Positions 1 to 14,102 of a DNA stretch of 64,000 nt are shown in pieces. The notes under the pieces were generated by a model. That model searched no databases, was not told where the DNA came from, and saw only the letters and a list, made by a program, of their open reading frames with translations. How positions within the stretch are numbered: position 1 is the first letter of the stretch; every line of letters starts with the position of its first letter. Made by a program: the position numbers and the translations under genes. The stretch spans positions 5,710,950 through 5,774,949 of the forward strand of contig CM119268.1 of assembly GCA_051294375.1 (NCBI GenBank), written 5' to 3'. Source of the DNA: Paraspadella gotoi. Its lineage: Eukaryota; Animalia; Chaetognatha.

Positions 1-948
1 GCCTTTTATCCTTTTTTCCTTTTTTTTCCTTTTTACTTGTTGTTTTCCCTTAACTTTATTCTAAACATAAACTAACCTGAATGTCATTTGAATGAAATGT
101 TAAAAATTAAACATAGATACATCAATCAATCGATCCATTATTCAATCATTCAATCAATCATTCAAAACAAACAATCAATCAACCTAGCCAATAAATGATG
201 CCATGCGACAACTGTAATCTATATACTATTTATGGTCCCACTTCACCGATCAATCAATCAATCAATCAATCAATTAATCAATCATTCAATCAATCAATAA
301 ATCAATCAATCAATCAATCAATCTATCAGTCACTCCCTTCATCGTCCAATCACTCATTTCCTTCTCAATGGAAACAAGTTTTTCCAAATGAATCTACCCA
401 ACGTTAATAACAACGAAGACAACTTACCCTTTGTCCTGTCCTTACCTTGGTTCCATTGAGGCTCCCGAAGATTATAATGATCGCGATGACCGGAAACGAC
501 GGCGGCGGCGGCGGCGGCGGCTGCAGTGGCGGCGGCGGCAGCGGTGGCGGCGGCTGCTGCGGTGGCGGCGGCGGCTGCGGCAGCAATCAATGAATCTCAC
601 GGACGAAAGAGAGTTTGTCCCACATTTGTTTCGCTTCTCACTTACCCCGTTTTCACATCACCCATCCATTAACGAGCCTGAGAGTTAGACCCTCGACCGG
701 AGGCGACGAGGCTGAAGGCCTGAGCTGGTTGAGGCGCACTTCGTCTGGTGGCTCTGGACTACCCGGCTGGGGCGTTGTTTTTATTCATAGTTATTTAATC
801 TTTATATATATTTATTTTTAAAATAAAATTCACACTTTTAAGTTGATATGTATTATGTATTTATTTGACCTCTTTGCTGTTTGGGGCAAGGGAAATTTGA
901 TGTGAACCGTTTTTGCGTCACTGGATCTCGGTTCTTGATGGTTCATTC

Positions 949-981
<33 letters not shown>

Positions 982-3361
982 NNNNNNNNNNNNNNNNNNN
1001 NNNNNNNNNNNNNNNNNNNNNNNNNNNNNNNNNNNNNNNNNNNNNNNNNNNNNNNNNNNNNNNNNNNNNNNNNNNNNNNNNNNNNNNNNNNNNNNNNNNN
1101 NNNNNNNNNNNNNNNNNNNNNNNNNNNNNNNNNNNNNNNNNNNNNNNNNNNNNNNNNNNNNNNNNNNNNNNNNNNNNNNNNNNNNNNNNNNNNNNNNNNN
1201 NNNNNNNNNNNNNNNNNNNNNNNNNNNNNNNNNNNNNNNNNNNNNNNNNNNNNNNNNNNNNNNNNNNNNNNNNNNNNNNNNNNNNNNNNNNNNNNNNNNN
1301 NNNNNNNNNNNNNNNNNNNNNNNNNNNNNNNNNNNNNNNNNNNNNNNNNNNNNNNNNNNNNNNNNNNNNNNNNNNNNNACTCATCGTCTCTTCTCTCTCT
1401 CCTTTACTCTATAAGATCCACTCCCCAAAGCCTTCCACGCTTCCCCGCCACAGCAAGTGTTCTCGGACACACCTCGCGACGAAAACAACGCAAATAAAGT
1501 GGCAGCCTATCACAAGCCCTCGTATCTGACCCCTGAAAATGCTTGGAGCGGAATCTGGTCTTGTATCGATTAATATCTATGTGCGCCCTCTTCGTTAGCG
1601 CGTCCCATCTCGTCCACCGACCCTAACGTTTAGAGCCTCTTCTCTCTCCTTCTCTCTCTCATCTCCTGCTCTCTCTCCTCTTTCCAGCTCACTCTCCTTT
1701 CTTCATCGCTTCCTCTTCTCTCTTTCTCTCCCATCCTTGCTGTCCTTACCATGCTCCGTCTACCTACTCTCCTCTCATTCCATATATCTCTGCGTGCATC
1801 GTCTATCTTCTTTCTCTCTTGTATGACCGACCCCGCACGCATCCTTTGCCCATCATATCTCGGACTGTCTTTGTCACGATTGACTTCTCCCTCTGGTAGT
1901 ACGAGAGAACGGAGAGATCCTGAGATTCTTCACCCGCGCGGAAAGCTATCGATGATGATTATGGCCTGGACGGACTCAGAATGAAACCGCACGACGTCCT
2001 TCCATGGTTTGAGCGCTGAGCCGACCAGAGCACCCGGCTCCGACGCGACGAAGAGACCTTACTATCGCCGCCCGAGATTTCACTGAACGCGTAGACGATG
2101 AGACGGAGAGCTCTTGGCAGATATTACGCGTACCATGCACCTTAAGGTCTTTCCTTGGAAGGCTCCGACGTGCGGTCTGACAGAACAGAGCAGCGTCGGC
2201 TCAAGGCGATTCGAAGCTGAGAAGCTCCGAGCGTTTCGATTACCACTTTTTATCAACTTTATTATGGGCAACTAATTTTCGTCAGTAATTGTCAGCTATC
2301 CAATATTTATAAAAAAAAAACGTGAAATGGAACCCAGAATCTGAATTTCAATTTACATTCTATGTGCGTAACTGCAGAAGAGTCAGCGAAACTTGTCGCA
2401 TTCCACCGAGTTTGTTTTGACCATCGAAAGTCATCGAACCTTCTAGAGGGACTTGTGAATTGATAAACTTATACGGGATCGGGCGAAAAAAGAAACAAGA
2501 GAGAGAGAAAGAGATAGAATCGATACAAGACCCTGCAAGCTTTCAATCAAGACTCTCTCACTGTCTCGGTTATTCACTCCCAGAGTATCAATAAAGTGGT
2601 AAAATATTTCAAAGATTGTTTCAATTGTTAGAAAAGACCATTGGTCACTTCATATTTTATTTTTGAAAATTAAAAAAACAGAAACCGTAAGGACGACATG
2701 AAAAAATGCACAAGAGCTGTTGCGGACAGACAATGACGGCGACGATGACAACGACGAAAACGATGNNNNNNNNNNNNNNNNNNNNNNNNNTAGGCGCGAT
2801 CGTCATGTTCTACCGAGACTTTGCGTCGTCATCTCCAGCGGCGTTCTTGACCGGCGCCCAGTCGCGTCTCCGTTATCTCCGCCATTTTATACCCGTACTT
2901 CCATACCTGGTCTTCAGATGCGGCAGAATTAGCCAAGTCAGTTAGAATCAAACGAAGCCACTTCTCCGCGAACTTAGTTCAAACACAGTTCTGTCAATAA
3001 GTCTGTCTCTTCAATGGATAATTTTCTGATACAGAACCAGTCTATTTGTTGGGCTTGTTTGATATCAAAATATTTGATGATTGACAGAGGAAAAAAATGC
3101 GAGCTCTTCAGTTGTAACAAGGATCGGAATCTAGCGTACATCTATTTTTACCGAGGGAATTTCTCAGGGGCGTTTATAAAGTTGGTAGTCAGATTCGAAA
3201 AAAAGATCTCCGTTAAAAAAATCTTTCCCTGACTTTTATGTACGACGTAGTCTCCTACTATCCAGAGTACCAAAGTTCTTTTTTCGTAACTATAATAATT
3301 ACCACATATCTATAAAAGTTTTTGTTCCTATTCCGAAAAAATCAAAACAATAATTTAGTAC

Positions 3362-3627
3362 CTGCTACGTAAGAAGCGCCAAACTGGAGTTTACGCCCGC
3401 AGCCCGTTGGCTGCAGTAGTCGTCAGGTCTCTCCCTGGCTTCCTCCAATATTCGTCACCATTTCTTGAAGTCAATTTTGCCCGTGGACCAGTAGTTCCGA
3501 GGTTGCAGCCCACCATCCTATCGATGCCGTTAATTCGCTCGATCATATCGTCGGATCCCTATGCTCCATTTTTGCATTTGATCTACCAAGCTTGAGCCGC
3601 CTTCTCCAGTTTACGGCTCCAAGTCAA
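3362..3627 (-). CDS. Probable internal exon of a CAP/SCP (CRISP/antigen-5/PR-1) domain gene, corrupted by indels
   Basis: Minus strand: acceptor tttccag followed by LTWSRKLEKAAQAW..KCK..EH, resembling the CAP motif 'L.W...L...AQ.WA..C...H'. Further on are G.NL-like and DY-like remnants, and the exon ends Y.Q|GTACT like 'HYTQ|VVW'. Several frameshifts. Weak candidate upstream exons at ~4929-5073 and ~6319-6385 (gtgagt donor). Confidence 0.5.
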
Positions 3628-5648
3628 CTGGAAATTTTAAAAAGTAAATAAATAAAATTAAAAGAAATATGACGTGAAATGAATAACTGAACCACGTGGT
3701 TGAAGATGGGCGCCACGTCTTTCTTCCAAAAGCATCCCATTTTTAATCCCTCGATTTTTATTTTAACAAAACAAAAGAAAAATAATTATGGAAAAATATA
3801 GGCTAAAATCGTAAACAGGTTGGAGAAGCAAAAAGAATAAACAACTGAATAAACTGAATCTTCTAAAAAACCACTGTGTGTATCCCTGAATGACCAGCAA
3901 TGCCTATATACAAAAAACGGGCAATAGAGAGAAAGCTACAATCAAAAAGGACGATTAAAGTCCCAGAGGAACCAGTAAAGGATTGCACTAGCCGAAGGAC
4001 AGACACCATAAATCGCCTGAAACGACGGACGGAGTAGTAACTGATAGATGCGGAAAATAGTTGAATAGAGGGAAGTGACCCGAAGCCGGGAGAAGGTGGT
4101 GCACGTGGCGTCACCCAGGTGATGGAGCACCGGGGGTGGCCCCCGGATGGTAGTACCGGCTCGTAGTTGGATGGTGATTGCGGGTGACTGCCGAGCGTGT
4201 GTTAGGGTTATGTGGTGCTCAACTCGTTGTGATAGGGATGAGTATGGCAGAGTTGGGTTGTGGGACGATATGGGGTGAGAAGTGTGGCTCCAGCACACAA
4301 AGCCAGACAGGCAAGCTGGTGTGCCCTCTCTGGGTGTGGAGGAAATAATATCGGGTAGAGAAGAGTGAGTGTGATGACGTGAGCTCTTCAGGGATCAATT
4401 GCGAAGCTGGATGTAGAGAGAAGAAGACGGCGGGATTTAAGAGGGGCCGAAGAGGAGGAAGAGGGAAGATGTCAGACGAGGACGGAAGAGACATTCCTTT
4501 TTGCAGTCGATAGCTCGAGGAATTCAAGTCACTCTATGAGTCTTCTTTTCCACTTACGTTCCCGTTGCATATGCGGTTTCTGAATATAAAATGTTTCTTC
4601 TGCCAGATCGCTATTTACCTGTCCTCGCACAAGTAGAAAATACAGACGAAGCTTCAACATATACCTATTATACAATTTCTCTCTCATTTTCACTCTGACT
4701 CTCTCCTCTCTCTCTCTCTCATCTATCTCTCTCTATACTCATACATCCTTACATCATCCTCATCTGCTCCTCTCTTATCACATAGATCAAATGTATATAT
4801 CATCAACATCTCTCCATAACATTTCTGACATATTAGTCTCTTAATATCAATAATTACTCGTTCATATAGCAATAAATGGTTAAAACCTATATGCCCCTGG
4901 ACCTTGACAGTCGGCTTATAAAGTGACCTCTGTTCATGCTAGCCTACTTCATTACGCATCTCATGACTCCGCAACTCTTCGGCAAGCTTTACATCTTCAT
5001 TTGAACTTCTCTCTCACTTAGGTCTCTGCAGTTTTATCTCACTCCCAGGGATCTAATCCTCCGGTTCTCTCACCTATACAATAAAGTGCTTGTCACATCT
5101 AATTTTCGCAGCTGCTCTTTTCAGATTGCCGGCTTTAAGAACTTAACGACCATTTTGGACCACTACTTCCATATGTTTATTTTTGTAAATTCATAACAAC
5201 ACAACGACTCGGAAATAGACACGAGTTCAAAAGAACAGGCTAACGAATAAGGCTGCCTTGACGAAATGCCTTATCATATTTATCATCGGCTCCACTCGAG
5301 CCTCTCCGATTGACAATGCGCACTGGGAACGCAACACCCAGCAGACGATTACTGAATGACGACATTACGACGCCGAAGATGACGAGCACTACGACGACGA
5401 ATGATGGCGACGACGACGACGGACGACGAAGACTATGACGACTAAGATGACGACGACGACAATGATGACGACAACGAGTACGACGTCAAAGTGACGTCGA
5501 CGACGAAGAAATGACGACGAAAAGATAATGACACGACAACGAAGGAAGATGACGACGACGACAACTGGGCTTTCTCTTCAAGGTCGATCGAACACTCGGA
5601 AATAATTGTAGTCGGGAAATTGAAACAAGGAGAAGAATCAACGACGAG

Positions 5649-5680
<32 letters not shown>

Positions 5681-6775
5681 CGAGGAATCGACAAAGACGA
5701 TAACGACGACTAAAACGACGACGACATCAAAAACTCTACTTTTATGGCGACGAAGACAAAGACGAATTTAGGCGATAAAATCTACGGGAAAAACGACATT
5801 GAAAAATTTTGGATGATGATGATGATGANNNNNNNNNNNNNNNNNNNNNNNNNNNNNNNNNNNNNNNNNNNNNNNNNNNNNNNNNNNNNNNNNNNNNNNN
5901 NNNNNNNNNNNNNNNNNNNNNNNNTGATGGTATGATGATAATTATCTGATTAATGGAATGATGCTGAATAGAATGGCATGATAGTGACAGAGAGTGAGAA
6001 AGTAAAGAAAGATCGGCGTGCGTAAGTGGAGAGAGAGAGAGAAGACGAGAGACGAGATGAAGAGGAGATGAGAGAGGAACGAGAGAAGAAGGAGAGGAGA
6101 GAGAGTAGAGCGTAGGCTGAAACGTCTTGGCTTGCTCAGAGTGGCACCCTTGTTATAGGTCTTAGCGTGTTTTGACGAAAAGAAAAAAAAATATGACTAA
6201 TATTTTGATGTAAGCTTGCGTGAAGAAGTTAAGACTTTATATTCGCAGCGTTAGTGTTATGAAGAAAAGCCCTTGGCCGGAATAGTATAGAAAAGAAGGA
6301 GTAGGTAGGACTCACCCTCTCTAAGGTGACAGCATCGAAATGCCGCAAAATTAGATCTAAATAGGATGTCAGAGAACAGACGGCATATTATACCGTAACG
6401 ATGCCCAAGTGTCCGTGTTGCTTTCACGCAGAAACGCAATTCGAGGAAAAACAAACAGAAATAATCAACGAATTTCGATTCAAGTTTCCTCTTTTTATTC
6501 TTTTTTTTCTTTTTATTCTTCGTCTTCGTCTTTATTTTGATAAATCGTTATCATTCTCTTCTGAAAAAAGAAAAACAAAAACTACATAAAAACAAACAAT
6601 ATTAACAACATTAATTGACTAAAGTTGGGAATACATAACTGATGGCTTAAATAAATAAAAAAAAATTGTTCCAAGCTAAATTACTTGGATTAATGTTAAA
6701 TATTAAATACGTCAACTGACAAAACACCAAAAAGTATAGAGCCGAAATGATTTTTTGGAAAAGACCAATAGGCTA

Positions 6776-7677
6776 ATCAATTTGTAATCAATTTGTAGGC
6801 AACGGTCACCTTCTTCTTCGTCGTCGTCGCCATCATCTTCGTCGTCTTTGTCTTCTCCGTCGTCATCTTTGTCTTTGTCGTTGCTGTCTTTGTCTTAGTC
6901 GTCGACGTCGTCATCGTCGGCGTCGTCGTCGTTCTTGTCTTGGTCGTTTTTGTCTTTGTTTTTGNNNNNNNNNNNNNNNNNNNNNNNNNNNNNNNNNNNN
7001 NNNNNNNNNNNNNNNNNNNNNNNNNNNNNNNNNNNNNNNNNNNNNNNNNNNNNNNNNNNNNNNNNNNNNNNNNNNNNNNNNNNNNNNNNNNNNNNNNNNN
7101 NNNNNNNNNNNNNNNNNNNNNNNNNNNNNNNNNNNNNNNNNNNNNNNNNNNNNNNNNNNNNNNNNNNNNNNNNNNNNNNNNNNNNNNNNNNNNNNNNNNN
7201 NNNNNNNNNNNNNNNNNNNNNNNNNNNNNNNNNNNNNNNNNNNNNNNNNNNNNNNNNNNNNNNNNNNNNNNNNNNNNNNNNNNNNNNNNNNNNNNNNNNN
7301 NNNNNNNNNNNNNNNNNNNNNNNNNNNNNNNNNNNNNNNNNNNNNNNNNNNNNNNNNNNNNNNNNNNNNNNNNNNNNNNNNNNNNNNNNNNNNNNNNNNN
7401 NNNNNNNNNNNNNNNNNNNNNNNNNNNNNNNNNNNNNNNNNNNNNNNNNNNNNNNNNNNNNNNNNNNNNNNNNNNNNNNNNNNNNNNNNNNNNNNNNNNN
7501 NNNNNNNNNNNNNNNNNNNNNNNNCGAGACAGTAACGCCACGTTATTTTTCATTGTGTCATAGGCTTCTCTAAATCAATCTGTAGGCAACGGTCACCTTC
7601 TTCGTCGTCGTCGTGGTCGTCTTGGTCTTCTCCGTCGTCATCTTTGTCTTAGTCGTCGACGTCGTCATCGTCATCGT
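6776..7677 (+). repeat. Short direct duplication (6776-6964 vs 7570-7677) of a (GTC/TTC)-rich block flanking N gaps
   Basis: aatcaat(t/c)tgtaggcaacggtcaccttcttc...gtcgtcgacgtcgtcatcgtc occurs twice, ~790 bp apart, each time running into a gap. Confidence 0.75.
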
Positions 7678-8839
7678 NNNNNNNNNNNNNNNNNNNNNNN
7701 NNNNNNNNNNNNNNNNNNNNNNNNNNNNNNNNNNNNNNNNNNNNNNNNNNNNNNNNNNNNNNNNNNNNNNNNNNNNNNNNNNNNNNNNNNNNNNNNNNNN
7801 NNNNNNNNNNNNNNNNNNNNNNNNNNNNNNNNNNNNNNNNNNNNNNNNNNNNNNNNNNNNNNNNNNNNNNNNNNNNNNNNNNNNNNNNNNNNNNNNNNNN
7901 NNNNNNNNNNNNNNNNNNNNNNNNNNNNNNNNNNNNNNNNNNNNNNNNNNNNNNNNNNNNNNNNNNNNNNNNNNNNNNNNNNNNNNNNNNNNNNCGTCGT
8001 CTTCGTCGCTATCATCGTCGTCGTCGCCCCCCAACTCCGACCACAGATGGCGCGCGTACATTCGGCGAAGATTAATCGCTTTGTTTGTAGGATTAGTCGT
8101 TGAAGAAGAAGTGAGAAGCCAGGGAATAAAAGAGNNNNNNNNNNNNNNNNNNNNNNNNNNNNNNNNNNNNNNNNNNNNNNNNNNNNNNNNNNNNNNNNNN
8201 NNNNNNNNNNNNNNNNNNNNNNNNNNNNNNNNNNNNNNNNNNNNNNNNNNNNNNNNNNNNNNNNNNNNNNNNNNNNNNNNNNNNNNNNNNNNNNNNNNNN
8301 NNNNNNNNNNNNNNNNNNNNNNNNNNNNNNNNNNNNNNNNAGAGAGAGAGTCATTAAAAGCTTGTGAAGCGTCCCTCCATTTCTCCCTCCATCAAGCAAC
8401 AAATTCGACTGATTACTTCATTCTTTTTTTTTTAATCTGTTTTTAAAAAATATTAACGATACACAATTACACAGTGTAGTACGATTTAAAAACATACTAC
8501 AAAAACGATCATCAATTGTAACTAACTTAACCTAATGGTAGATGATAGAAAACTTCTAATTCAAAAAATTATATAAAGATAAAAACTGTTAAAAATGTTA
8601 TCAAAAGATAAATAAATTCATATTTTTCATTCTAGCTATATAAATGATTTAATAAATATTAATTTTGATAATTACTTCCTATAAAATCCAATTTTGTAAT
8701 CTATTTCATTTCTGACAGCGACGTCGCCTTTTTGCTCCGGCCACTGGGCTTCGGTTGATCTTTTCTATTTTCTTCCAAGTGTGAAAGTGATGCTTCACCC
8801 TGTGAATCTTTATATTCTTTTCCTTCATTGACAAATTGA

Positions 8840-8870
<31 letters not shown>

Positions 8871-10249
8871 GACAGAGAGCAGAATGAGAAGAAAAGATAG
8901 AGGGGAAAATGGAGAAAGGAGATGAGAGGGGGAGCTGGAACGAAGGCAAAGCGCTGTGGCGAAGCGTAGTTCAAGAATGTCAAAGTTTCCACGTAAAGAG
9001 GTTTGAAGAGAAAATTTTTTTTTAAAAATTGATAGTGAGCCGAGTGAGAGAAATGGATGGGATGTGTGGAACCTATTAAGAGTCTGATGGAAGGATGATG
9101 GGTAATAGAAATAGGGTATGAGAGAATAAAAGACGGGGTGATTTGCCGTGTGTTGAGCATGCAATGGAAAGGCGAGGGGGGTGCTGACTGCAACGGTGTG
9201 TATGCCGTGTCGAAAGAAAAAGATGAAAGGAAAGAGTAGAGAGAAATCGGAACGGGATCGGTGTAAAGAGAAAAAAGAAGAGGAGAAGTTGTGTAGAGGG
9301 TTTAAGGAAGAATGAATAAGGGTAATTATTTTTAAGTTTTTTTAAGTAGAGCAATTGGTGAATGAGAAGTGGGAAGAACGAGGTTGGTCGTCTGGTGTTT
9401 GAGGGTTAAGATAGAATCGGAGCCGACAAGTCCGCGAGTGACAGGTTTTGTGAGAATAGAAAGAACGAGAAAGGGAAAAAGAAAAAAAAAAAAAAAAAAA
9501 AAAAAAAAAGAAAGAGGGGAAAAGAAAAAATGGTAGGTGAGAGAAAAAAGGAGAGAGGAAGGAAGAAAGGAAAAGTGGGAGAAAGAGAAGAAAGAAAGGA
9601 GAGAGAAATCAAAAGGCGGGCGAACTAAAGTATTACACTGGTTAAGATTGATTGATGTTCGGACTAATCGCTGTGTGAGGGGGGGGAGAAGAAGGGGGAG
9701 GAAAAAAAAAGGAAAAAAAAAAAAAGAAAAAAAAAAAGAAACGAGGAAAAGAAGAGAAAAAAAAAAAAAAAAAGGTAAAACGAAGAAGGAAAAAGGAAAA
9801 AGGAAAAGGGAAAGAAAAGGAAAAATAAAAAAAAAAAAAAAAGGAAAAAGAAAATAGGAAAAAAGATCCAAGACCAAAATAAGTAAAAAGCTGAACAGGA
9901 CAAGAGAGAAGAGAAGTTCTAAGGGGTGAGAAGAAGAGAAGACGAAGAAGAAGTGAAAAGAGGGAAGAGCGAAAGAGGAGTCAAAGGAAGATCCAACAAG
10001 GAGACGAATGGACCGGAGCCTCGGGTCAGGACCCGACAATGCGACCTACAGCAGAGACTTAACGAACAAAGCTAAGATTCGACTGAGAGGAGAAAATCCC
10101 TTCAAAACGCCCCTGGACATCACTCGGATCGTACCAAGTAAATGGAGGGTAGGAAGAGGAGGAAAGAGACGTAGTCGCACATGCAAGAAGAAGAAGGAAG
10201 AAAAAATAAGCATGGCAAGAGCAAGGTGGAGGGAGGGAGGAAGAGAAAC

Positions 10250-12204
10250 AGGCTGACCCGTGCTGCGCGTAAAAGGCGGCTATCGGATCTCTTCTCTGGT
10301 GGGTGGTTTATACTAACTGAACGGATACCATACCTTCAATTTAATAAAGAGGCGAGGATTTTGAAGTCGAAGAAGTATATGTGGTGTCACTTTGCTGAGC
10401 TTGAAATTATCGAGCCGCGGGCTTGGGACCTTAGCGCTACAGCTTACGAAGGAGCCAGCCTATTGCCTTTAAGAAAGGAAAGAATACGATATCATTCTGC
10501 AAGTTGTGAAAAAAAATCTACCGGTTATGTGATGATTGTCATACTGGAAGGAATGCTTGCAATGAAAAAATTGCAAAGAAAGGGCCGTACGGGATGATGG
10601 ATGCGCGCTTTAGTTAAACCACATATAGCCTGTTTTAAGAAGTCTAGGAGACAAGATGCTATATTTAGTGTAAGACTAAACCAGACGTGTCGGTGTTATA
10701 AGTAGAACGAAATAAATGCAAGTGCAATTTAAGGTAATATTGTAATAATAATAAATGTAATAAATATGACAGGTTTCTCGCTCCTCACCTCGCTATGACT
10801 GCGGGAGAGGCATGAAAGACATTGCGACCACGTGGTGCCAACGACGAGAGCATGATCCAGACAGTTTTGGCTTTCATGGTCAGTATAAAAAACACTCGGG
10901 TTATCGAGTGATCGGAACCGTTGAGATAAAAGAGTTAAGAGAAAGTTTTGTTTCAAACTCAAATTAGGTCGAGTGGAGAAAAAAGAAAAGGAGAGAATGA
11001 GAAAGAAGAGGAAGAGAGAGAGAGGAAGAGAGATAGGATGAGAGAGATGATGAGAGAGAGAAAGAAGAGGAAGAGAGAGAGAGAGAGGAAAGGAGGCCGC
11101 GATGATTGTAAAAAAAAAGACGAATGATCCAGTCGAGATTGAAAGTTTACAGGGGTCTTGATATGATCATGCATCATTCACTCATCTATTCCTTAATCTC
11201 AGGAAAGTAGAAAGGATAATATTTAATTCTCTTTTGCCTCGCGAAGGGACTAACGAATTAGTATAGTCGTTGGTATCTGTAGTTCTGTGTTTGACGTTAT
11301 TTGAACCGTTCACAATTCGCTTTCATTTCTGTTCTGAACGTTAAAATTTTAGCGAAGTTTATTTACGGTCTGATTTACGATGTATATCCTGACTTTTTTA
11401 CTTCAAAATCTTTTCACACTCCGCCCGCCGCTCCGCTGCCGCCTCCGCGCCTCCGCCCCGCGAATCGTCCCCTTCTGGCAAAAGAGAATTGAGTCATAAA
11501 TCAACTCCTTTTTCTTTTTCTTCTCTTCTCTTATTTTCTCTTTTCTTTTCTTCTCCTTCTCTCTTTTCTTTTCTTCTTCCAAAACTTTCTAACTCATGTC
11601 TCTTTCAGGCCGAACCCAGTTTCCCGGGCTGGAGAGAAAAGGAGGAAGAGGAAGAAGAAGAAGAAGGAGGAGGAGGAGGAGGAAGAGATTAATTAATCTC
11701 TGAGATTATTGATCTTTTTCTTCTCTTGATGTCAACGATAGTTTACGAAAAAATGTCATCTTAATTTTTTTTTTTTTTTTATAAAATTGGTACAACCAAT
11801 ATGAAAATTAAAGTTTACAGTTTAAGGTTTACAAGCGGAATTTAAAAAGTATTCGTTTCATTCGCTTAATCATTTCATTCAAAGAGGATGTCAAATACTA
11901 AGCAAGAATTTTAAAATTTTATTAAACCATTAGATATATAATTATAAAAAAAACTTATAATTCCAATTTTTTTTTTTAAAATTCATTCAATTTCAACTAT
12001 ACAAATAATTTTTAATAACCGTGATGCTTTTTTTTTCTTCTTTTATTCACAGATATTATCTTCTTTTTCACTGCAAACTTCGTATTTTGCGTTCTCGTCT
12101 GTTTCTCACTCAAAATATTTTCTTGATTTCCCTTAGACGGGTGATTTACTAACTTTTATGTAACGAAAGAAGTAAAGAGGCTATGCGCATTGACATCTCT
12201 CTCT

Positions 12205-12285
<81 letters not shown>

Positions 12286-12290
12286 CCATC
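10250..12290 (-). repeat. ~2 kb inverted copy of 14110-15870 (and of 23420-24760)
   Basis: 12181 ctatgcgcattgacatctc is the reverse complement of 14111 gagatgtcaagtcgcatag. 11780 ataaaattggtacaaccaatatgaaaatt pairs with 14501-14529. The 10620 region pairs with 15612-15637. The arm ends at the N gap at 12292. Confidence 0.85.
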
Positions 12291-12870
12291 ANNNNNNNNN
12301 NNNNNNNNNNNNNNNNTCTCTCTCTCTCTCTGCTCTTTCTCTCATCTCTCTCTCTGTTTCGGTGAAAATCAATTTTCCGTGTTTGTGAAATGAATGACGC
12401 GTACATTTGCCTTCGTTTATGGTGTCGTCGTCGTCGTCGTCGTCGTCGTATTCGTCGTCTCTTCGTCGTTCGTCGTCTTTTCGGTCACTGCTATATGTCG
12501 TTGCTCTCGTCGTTATTATGCGTCGTCCTTTTATAATCATTGTTATGTCCGGAAATATCGACGAATTGATAAATCGTTACGTTTTTAGATATAAAAAAAA
12601 TTTGAAAAGCCGCCCATTTTATATCTCATAAAAACTAATTTCGAATTTAGGTTTTTTTTTTAAAATAATCTCGATATTAGGAAATAATTAGGTAAGGGGA
12701 TTTGGATAGAGTTTTGTTGAGGATTTGGGTTAGAGATAAGCAGTGGATTAGATATCCGTGTATTTTTTATAATATAATAACGACAATTTAAATCGCCAAA
12801 CGAATTCTTAAAAAAATCTTTCCCGCTAAGATATTATTATTTAATTCTTATTTGTAATGTTGTTGACCAA

Positions 12871-13493
12871 TAAGCGCGTAGTAGAATATCCTAAGTTTAA
12901 CTTTAATTAAAATCTCTAAAAGTGAGGAACGAAGCAACATTATACTTATGAACATTTTATGTATAAAAAAATATTATATAAAATTTTACAATTTATCGGC
13001 AGTAGGGCCATATTTATCTAGTACTATACCAATAATTTTAAAAATTTCAAAACGAGTTTTTTCTAAGAATTTTTTGTGCAGATTTGGATTCGTCATAGAA
13101 AAGTTCTGATAAAAAGATAATATAACCTTTTTGAAAAATTCCTCATAATGGTCAAAAAGTGTAGGAAAAAAGCATATTTTAAGCTGAAAAATAACTTTTA
13201 AATATTAAATATAGTTTTTTTTATAATTTTAACCCAACTTAATGAAAGAATTTTAAAAATGAATTATATTTTTTTATCAACTTTTACAGGAATTCAAAAT
13301 CTGCAATCAAAATTAAGAAAAAGCCATTGTTGAAATTTTTCGATTTTTTAAGGAATAGACTAATAGTAAAATATAGCCTATGCGAATAATATAAAAACCA
13401 TAAAATAATTTTTTTACAAAATTAATGTTCCTGAATGGTACTGTTGTTCATAATTGACTTTTAAATTTCGTATGTAACTTTCACTACGCCTTA
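12871..13493. mobile_element. ~620 bp fold-back/MITE-like element, present in one duplicate and absent from the other
   Basis: Ends are TAAG(C)GCGTAGT(A)GAA and TTCACTACGCCTTA (inverted). The two halves are imperfectly reverse-complementary across ~300 bp. The homologous site at ~22789 reads gttgaccaa|cgtaaccaaag with no insert. Confidence 0.65.
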
Positions 13494-14049
13494 TGCAACA
13501 ATCGTTAACCAAAGCTTTCTCTCTCTAAAAAAATTAATGCCATTTGTACAGTTAGATGCCAATTCGATTCCATTCGCCCTTTCTGATTTCAATAAATACC
13601 ATTCGTCTCATTTTGTTCGCCATTTATATCTCGACCACCGCCACAAAAAGGTTAGGAAATGTAAACGGGCGTCTCTAGGGAAATAGTGCCAAAATTTCTT
13701 TACTGATCTCTATCTTTACCATTTCCGAATTACGTTAATCATTAAACACTAAATAAGAGAGTTCGTCAATGTCTTTCTTTGGTCACCCTTCTTCTTTGTC
13801 TTTTGTCATTCTTTTTGTCACCCGTCACAGAACAAGATAGTTTCATCAACAGTCGGAACAAAAAGACCTTCTCAGTCGTCGTCGTCGTCGTGTCGTCGTC
13901 GTTGTCGTCGTCGTCGTCGTCGCGTCGTCGTCGCGTCGTCGTGTCGTCGTCGTAAACGCTCCTACCAACTGCATCAACAACAGAAAGGAGAATCGTGAAA
14001 AATAGATCGGAAAAAAGAGACGAGAGAGAAGGAGGAGAGAGAGAGAGAG

Positions 14050-14102
<53 letters not shown>

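Noticed and set aside
404-688. Poly-Pro, poly-Ala or poly-Arg ORFs on a GCG repeat
   Set aside because: Several frames are open because of the trinucleotide repeat. Minus-strand gtaag donors at ~428 and ~446 hint at an exon, but neither frame nor family can be fixed.
13960-14030. Possible sequencing-adapter remnant (caacaacag..ggag..aaaagagac)
   Set aside because: Similarity to a hairpin adapter is too weak to assert, and it is not at a symmetry axis.
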